The notes beneath the pieces are model-generated. The model was not told the DNA's origin. It worked only from the letters and a program-made list of their open reading frames with translations, and ran no database searches. Positions 59,297-64,000 of a stretch of 64,000 nt of DNA are shown here, piece after piece. The stretch lies in NCBI GenBank assembly GCA_965216785.1, contig OZ244197.1, positions 864,001 through 928,000 on the forward strand, in the 5' to 3' direction. Both the position numbers and the translations under genes were made by a program. The stretch's first letter is position 1, and each line of letters begins with the position of its first letter. This DNA is from Thermodesulfobacteriota bacterium. Lineage in GTDB: Bacteria; Desulfobacterota_D; UBA1144; Nemesobacterales; UBA2774.

Positions 59297-60049
59297 ATGG
59301 AAAACGGAATAATCGTAGATATAAAGGACGTCTATAAGTCCTTTGGTGAAAAAGACGTACATATGGGAGTCACTCTTTCCATAAAAAGGGGTGAGAACAT
59401 AACAGTCCTTGGCGGCAGTGGTTCCGGGAAAAGCGTACTCCTAAAGGAGATCACGGGGCTTCTGAAACCAGACTCCGGTGAGGTATTAGTAGAGGGTGAG
59501 AGTATAGGTCCCATGAGTGAAGCAGAGCTTGTGAACGTGCGGAAGAAGATGGGAATGCTCTTTCAGGGAGCGGCCCTTTTCGATTCGCTTTCGGTATATG
59601 AAAATATCGCTTACCCGCTTCGTGAAAATACTGATTTTCCTGAGGATAAAATTGCCGAGATAGTTGCTAAAAACCTAAAGAACGTGGGCCTTCCGGGTAT
59701 AGAAGACAAGATGCCGGCAGATTTAAGCGGAGGTATGAAAAAACGAGTCGGACTCGCAAGAGCGCTTGCCATGAATCCCAAGATTTTACTTTACGATGAG
59801 CCTACTACCGGCCTGGACCCGCCCAATATAAGCAGAATCAACCAGCTTATAAGACACATGCAGAAGGAGTTCGGTATTACGGGAGTAATTATCACGCACG
59901 ATGTAGAAAGCGCATTTGAGGTTTCCGACAGGATCGCATTCTTACATCACGGCAAGATTGTATTTACAGGTACTGTCGAAGAGGCCAGGAACACCGACAT
60001 CGCTGTGCTGAAAGATTTTATAGAGGGCAGAATGGAAGGTGAAGATTAG
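59297..60049 (+). CDS. MlaF-like ABC transporter ATP-binding protein
   Basis: GGSGSGKS; FQGAALFDS; LSGGMKKRV; YDEPTTGLDP. Confidence 0.92.
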   Translation: MENGIIVDIKDVYKSFGEKDVHMGVTLSIKRGENITVLGGSGSGKSVLLKEITGLLKPDSGEVLVEGESIGPMSEAELVNVRKKMGMLFQGAALFDSLSVYENIAYPLRENTDFPEDKIAEIVAKNLKNVGLPGIEDKMPADLSGGMKKRVGLARALAMNPKILLYDEPTTGLDPPNISRINQLIRHMQKEFGITGVIITHDVESAFEVSDRIAFLHHGKIVFTGTVEEARNTDIAVLKDFIEGRMEGED

Positions 60050-60069
60050 TTTAGTCTGAGCTCTATTGC

Positions 60070-60549
60070 TCAGTAAGCGCCTGTTTTCCCATATTTATCG
60101 ACGCCCTCTATCTCTATTATTTTCCACTTTCCGAAAGAAGCTTTCTTGAGCGTGACCATAATTTCGTCGTGCGAGTCGTCTGAGCCGAGCAGTGTTTCGG
60201 GTATGCCTCCCTTAACTCCCGTTGCCTTCACGCCCACCTTTGTATGCGCTAGCTTATCCCCGTTTTCATCTTCGCCCAGGGATACTGAGATATTATCGAA
60301 GCTTCCGTCCAGAGTGTCGAATCGGGAAAACGCGTTTTCTATAATTCTTTTGATTACCAGATAGTTATATCCCTGCTCGTCCTGGTAATGAATTGAAAAG
60401 TGCTCCAGTACCCCTTGCTCATCCTTTTCCTTCACAGATTCGATAATCTCGTTAAACACAGCTTCGATTTCGCTTGTATCATCCCCGCCTGAGAATATGA
60501 AATAGATCAGAAGCACGCCGAGAATGATTGCGGGGATTATGTATCTCAT
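60070..60549 (-). CDS. Membrane-anchored hypothetical protein (NTF2-like)
   Basis: N-terminal TM helix; WKI C-terminal strand. Confidence 0.65.
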   Translation of the reverse strand: MRYIIPAIILGVLLIYFIFSGGDDTSEIEAVFNEIIESVKEKDEQGVLEHFSIHYQDEQGYNYLVIKRIIENAFSRFDTLDGSFDNISVSLGEDENGDKLAHTKVGVKATGVKGGIPETLLGSDDSHDEIMVTLKKASFGKWKIIEIEGVDKYGKTGAY

Positions 60550-60579
60550 AATATAAAAAGTTTACTCCCAATTCTCCCA

Positions 60580-62940
60580 TTATTCACTGTTAAAAGTATT
60601 TATTTCGATATTGTATTTGTCTTGCTCAATTGTCACTGTGCCGTCTTTGCTTGTTTGAAATACGCTCGTCAGTCTTTCAATAGGCGGCAGTTCCAAGCCA
60701 TCGACCGAATTTGTGACCAAAACCTCTGGTGATACTGTAGCGAGGAAAAGCTCCAGCGAGTCGTTTGTATTTAAGAGCGGCATATAGAGCACTGTACTTT
60801 CTAGGCTCGAGCCTTTTTTAATAATGAGGTTGTTTTGGACGGTTTCAAGGTGAAGCGCTTCGCCGGTTAGAAAGCCCAGGCCCGGGCCTCTTAACTTTAA
60901 TGCGATTGGATAGGGCAGGGATGTGTCTATAATTTTAAAATCTTCTTCAGGCTTTATAATTTCGAGCTTATACTCGGAAGTAATGGGAAGCTCTGTTATT
61001 TCGAGAATGTCATGCCACTCTATTCCTCTCTCATAAATTATTTCCCAGACCCCTCCTTCAAGCTTATCCCCGTTTGTGAAGAAGTTTTTAACCGAGAAAT
61101 TCTCAAGTAAATATTTAACCCCTCGCAAATGGTCTTTATCTGTTGATGTCAGTATCAGGTAGTCAATACTTCTAACGCCTCTGCTAAGTAAGTACTGTGA
61201 AATGACCCCTCTCTCCGTATACCCGCTTCTGCCGAATCTTTTGTAACCCCCGTCAATCAGCATGTTTTTCCCCTCCGGGAGCAAGATAAACACAGCGCTT
61301 CGGTTAGCGCCGGCGTCCAGAATATTTACTTCAGCCCCACCATCGGGTGAATTGTCCGAGGTAGTTGCAATAGCGCTTACAAAAAAGCCTATGACAAGAA
61401 TAGGCAAAACGTACTTGAGTTTTCTGTATGTTCCCGCCACAAGCACAGTGAAGCCGCTCGCGATAAACAGCGTCCAGCTAACCGCTCCGAGCTTGGGCAT
61501 GATTATGTAAGAATAGGGAAGCTCTGTCAGCTTTCCGATCCCGAAAACTACCATGTCTATGAGCAGCAGGTTGAATGAAATAATAGGCTCCGCCAGGTGC
61601 GGGGAAACCAGGAAGGTAAGTAAAGATATAAGCCCGAGCGGTATGATCAGCAGTTCAACAAAAGGAATTAAGATTACGTTTGCGGGTATGGATACAAGCG
61701 GTAGAATGCCGAACGTATTTACGACAAAAGGTAAAGTTGCAAACCCGGCTGCGAGGGCCGACTTTACCAAAGAATAAAGTTTGTCTCTAAATGTTACAAA
61801 CCTAAAAGGATAAAATATGTGAACCAGAAGTATTCCGAGAACCGCTGAAAACGAGAGCTGGAAAGAAAGCTCAAAAAGCGAGAACGGGTGCCAGATTAAA
61901 ATGATAAGCGCCGCCGCTCCCAGAGTGTTAATCTTATTTTCGTCCCTTCCGATTACAATTGATATCAAATACAGCGAGATCATTATGAAGGCCCTGACGG
62001 CAGAGGTTGAGAACCCGGCAATTGCCGTATACAGGAATACAGGAGCTATTGTTAACCCGGCTACGACTCTGGGCATTTGAAAACGGAGCAGCAGATACTC
62101 TGAGCGTGAGAGTGCAAATCTAAATAAAAAATAGAAGAACACCGCGACTGCCCCTACGTGTACCCCGGATATAGCGAGTATGTGGGCCACTCCCGCCTTT
62201 GAAAACTCTGTCCTCAGCTCTTGAGGGATACCCCCTTTGTACCCGACCGTAATCGCGTTTAGTACGCTTGTTTCCGGAAATTGGAAATTTTTGCTTACAT
62301 AGGAGGCGAAACGTATTCTGACCCTATCTATGTAATGAAGAAGGGGGCTTGCTGAGCTGTCTCTGCCAAACGAGATTATCTGCTCCTCTCCCTCAACGAA
62401 CCCAAGAGCCCGAATACCCTGTCTCTCATAAAAACTCTTAACGTCAAACCCGCTGGGGTTCTGGAAATTCCTTATCTCTCTTAGCTCGATATCGAGCACA
62501 CGAACCCTATCTCCATTGGCAAGTCCTTCTATAAAGTCCCCGCTCGTTATTATCACTTTCCCTTGAACGGGCAAAGAGTGCTCTTTGGTTAAGACGGTCT
62601 TTGTATCGAGAAAAAGTCTGCTGCCGTACTCTCTTTGCTCGGGCGATTTGTAGAGTGTGCCCTCAATTGCTACTTTTGTATCGATGAAATGCGTTATTCC
62701 GGATTTCTGATCCAGGGTAGCGCTTGATGCAAACAAAAGGCCGATCGGGATTAGAAGGAGAAACCTCAAGTTTACGAAAAATACAGCTAATACCCCGAAA
62801 ATAGCGCCCATAACCAAAATCGGCATCCATACCTGTACTAAATACTCGTTTAGTACTATTCCCAGAGCAAAACCCAGGAGAGGGGGGAGAATACTGTATT
62901 TGTATAAGAAGAAGCCAGCCCTATCAGTCGTTAATTTCAT
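60580..62940 (-). CDS. comEC: ComEC/Rec2 DNA uptake protein
   Basis: NPSGFD; GVAHILAISGVHV; SAVRA; SFQLSF; degenerate MBL domain. Confidence 0.92.
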   Translation of the reverse strand: MKLTTDRAGFFLYKYSILPPLLGFALGIVLNEYLVQVWMPILVMGAIFGVLAVFFVNLRFLLLIPIGLLFASSATLDQKSGITHFIDTKVAIEGTLYKSPEQREYGSRLFLDTKTVLTKEHSLPVQGKVIITSGDFIEGLANGDRVRVLDIELREIRNFQNPSGFDVKSFYERQGIRALGFVEGEEQIISFGRDSSASPLLHYIDRVRIRFASYVSKNFQFPETSVLNAITVGYKGGIPQELRTEFSKAGVAHILAISGVHVGAVAVFFYFLFRFALSRSEYLLLRFQMPRVVAGLTIAPVFLYTAIAGFSTSAVRAFIMISLYLISIVIGRDENKINTLGAAALIILIWHPFSLFELSFQLSFSAVLGILLVHIFYPFRFVTFRDKLYSLVKSALAAGFATLPFVVNTFGILPLVSIPANVILIPFVELLIIPLGLISLLTFLVSPHLAEPIISFNLLLIDMVVFGIGKLTELPYSYIIMPKLGAVSWTLFIASGFTVLVAGTYRKLKYVLPILVIGFFVSAIATTSDNSPDGGAEVNILDAGANRSAVFILLPEGKNMLIDGGYKRFGRSGYTERGVISQYLLSRGVRSIDYLILTSTDKDHLRGVKYLLENFSVKNFFTNGDKLEGGVWEIIYERGIEWHDILEITELPITSEYKLEIIKPEEDFKIIDTSLPYPIALKLRGPGLGFLTGEALHLETVQNNLIIKKGSSLESTVLYMPLLNTNDSLELFLATVSPEVLVTNSVDGLELPPIERLTSVFQTSKDGTVTIEQDKYNIEINTFNSE

Positions 62941-63042
62941 TACTCTTTAAGAATTATAGTAGAAAGGACTGATTTAACAAAAATAGTCAGAAAGGATTTA
63001 TAAACGGGGAGTCTACAATTTATTCTTCAAAATGCTGAATCT

Positions 63043-63537
63043 TTAAGAGCCGGGGCTCTTGATAATAACTACGGCATAAGCCGCAATACCTTCGCCTCTT
63101 CCGGTAAAGCCCATACCGTCAGTTGTCGTGGCCTTAATCCCGAGCGCACCGCTCTGTAGACCGGTAACGTTAGATAGCTTTTCTTTTATTGAATTTATAT
63201 GGGGTGCGATCCTTGGTTTCTCGCATACGATCGTACTGTCTATATTCTCTATTTCATATTTTTTCTTTCGCACCTTAGCCATAGTTTCTTCTAACAGAAC
63301 GAGACTTGATACGTCTTTCCACTTTGGGTCGGAATCCGGGAAAAAACTGCCTATATCTCCTAGCCCCAGAGCGCCGAGAAGGGCGTCACATATTGCGTGG
63401 GTCAGCACATCGGCGTCTGAATGGCCGCTCAAACCAAGCTCATGCGGTATCTCCACCCCGCCTATAATCAGCTTCCTGCCTTCTGTAAACCTGTGCGCGT
63501 CAAACCCAAATCCAATTCTGTGCATCGTTTTATACAA
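63043..63537 (-). CDS. ispF: 2-C-methyl-D-erythritol 2,4-cyclodiphosphate synthase
   Basis: RIGFGFDAH; GHSDADV; GDIG; KATT. Confidence 0.97.
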   Translation of the reverse strand: MYKTMHRIGFGFDAHRFTEGRKLIIGGVEIPHELGLSGHSDADVLTHAICDALLGALGLGDIGSFFPDSDPKWKDVSSLVLLEETMAKVRKKKYEIENIDSTIVCEKPRIAPHINSIKEKLSNVTGLQSGALGIKATTTDGMGFTGRGEGIAAYAVVIIKSPGS

Positions 63538-64000
63538 GTCCCTCTTTAATCAACAGCTCTCCCAAAACTATATCGTCTTTAGTTGTAATTTTTATATTGT
63601 ACCGTGAACCCTGTACAAGTTTTACCTTCACGCCGGTCCTTTCGACCAGAATAGATTCATCCGTTCCCATGTAGCCGTCTTCCCCGGCGCACCTGAAAGC
63701 TTCGTCCAATATTTCATACTTAAAACCCTGGGGAGTCTGTGCGAGCCATATGTTATCCCTCGGCAGCGTGCTTTCTATATATCGCTCAGGGGAAGACTGC
63801 TTTATGGTGTCTGTGGCCGGAGTAGCGCAAATAGCGGCGCCGGATTCAACGGCCCCTGCAATTACACTCTCTATTGTCTCGGGCCTAACGAACGGCCGCA
63901 CACCGTCATGAACTAGTACGATGTCGGGTTTATGGTTGAGCGATCTGAAACCGTTCTCAACCGAGTGCTGTCTCTCTTCGCCGCCGGGAGTGAGTTTTTT
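63530..64000 (-). CDS. ispD: MEP cytidylyltransferase (3' part; 5' end outside the window)
   Basis: VLVHDGVRP; AQTPQ; TDE; NIKITT; overlaps ispF. Confidence 0.95.
   Translation of the reverse strand, partial: KKLTPGGEERQHSVENGFRSLNHKPDIVLVHDGVRPFVRPETIESVIAGAVESGAAICATPATDTIKQSSPERYIESTLPRDNIWLAQTPQGFKYEILDEAFRCAGEDGYMGTDESILVERTGVKVKLVQGSRYNIKITTKDDIVLGELLIKEGLV

Overview
Bacterial chromosomal window. The IPTL-CTERM proteins and xGxIGGC-type lipoboxes suggest Ca. Dadabacteria or a related Desulfobacterota lineage (inference only). The window has two halves. (1) 1-~30950 is a visibly AT-richer genomic island that truncates the comM/yifB Mg-chelatase gene at 30948. It carries a serine recombinase running off the left edge, an HUH rolling-circle Rep next to the comM junction, and a small tyrosine recombinase. 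Beside that recombinase lie three 1.4-1.8 kb gene units delimited by four copies of a ~27-bp direct repeat. The island also has IS3-family ends and a MITE, many secreted or lipoprotein genes, and a TetR-associated cluster. That cluster encodes a 2181-aa megasynthase colinear with animal fatty acid synthase but lacking the thioesterase, a PAPS-type sulfotransferase and an MMPL/RND exporter. (2) ~30950-64000 is mostly housekeeping genome: thiL, two CNNM/CorC genes, ybeY, hisB, hisH, slt, queF, tRNA-Gln, leuA, tRNA-Ala with a 1-kb att-flanked insert, nnrE, comEC, ispF and ispD. The best candidates for new biology are the animal-type FAS/sulfotransferase/MMPL cluster and the integron-like, non-attC cassette array. 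All family calls come from motif recognition by eye; no searches were run.
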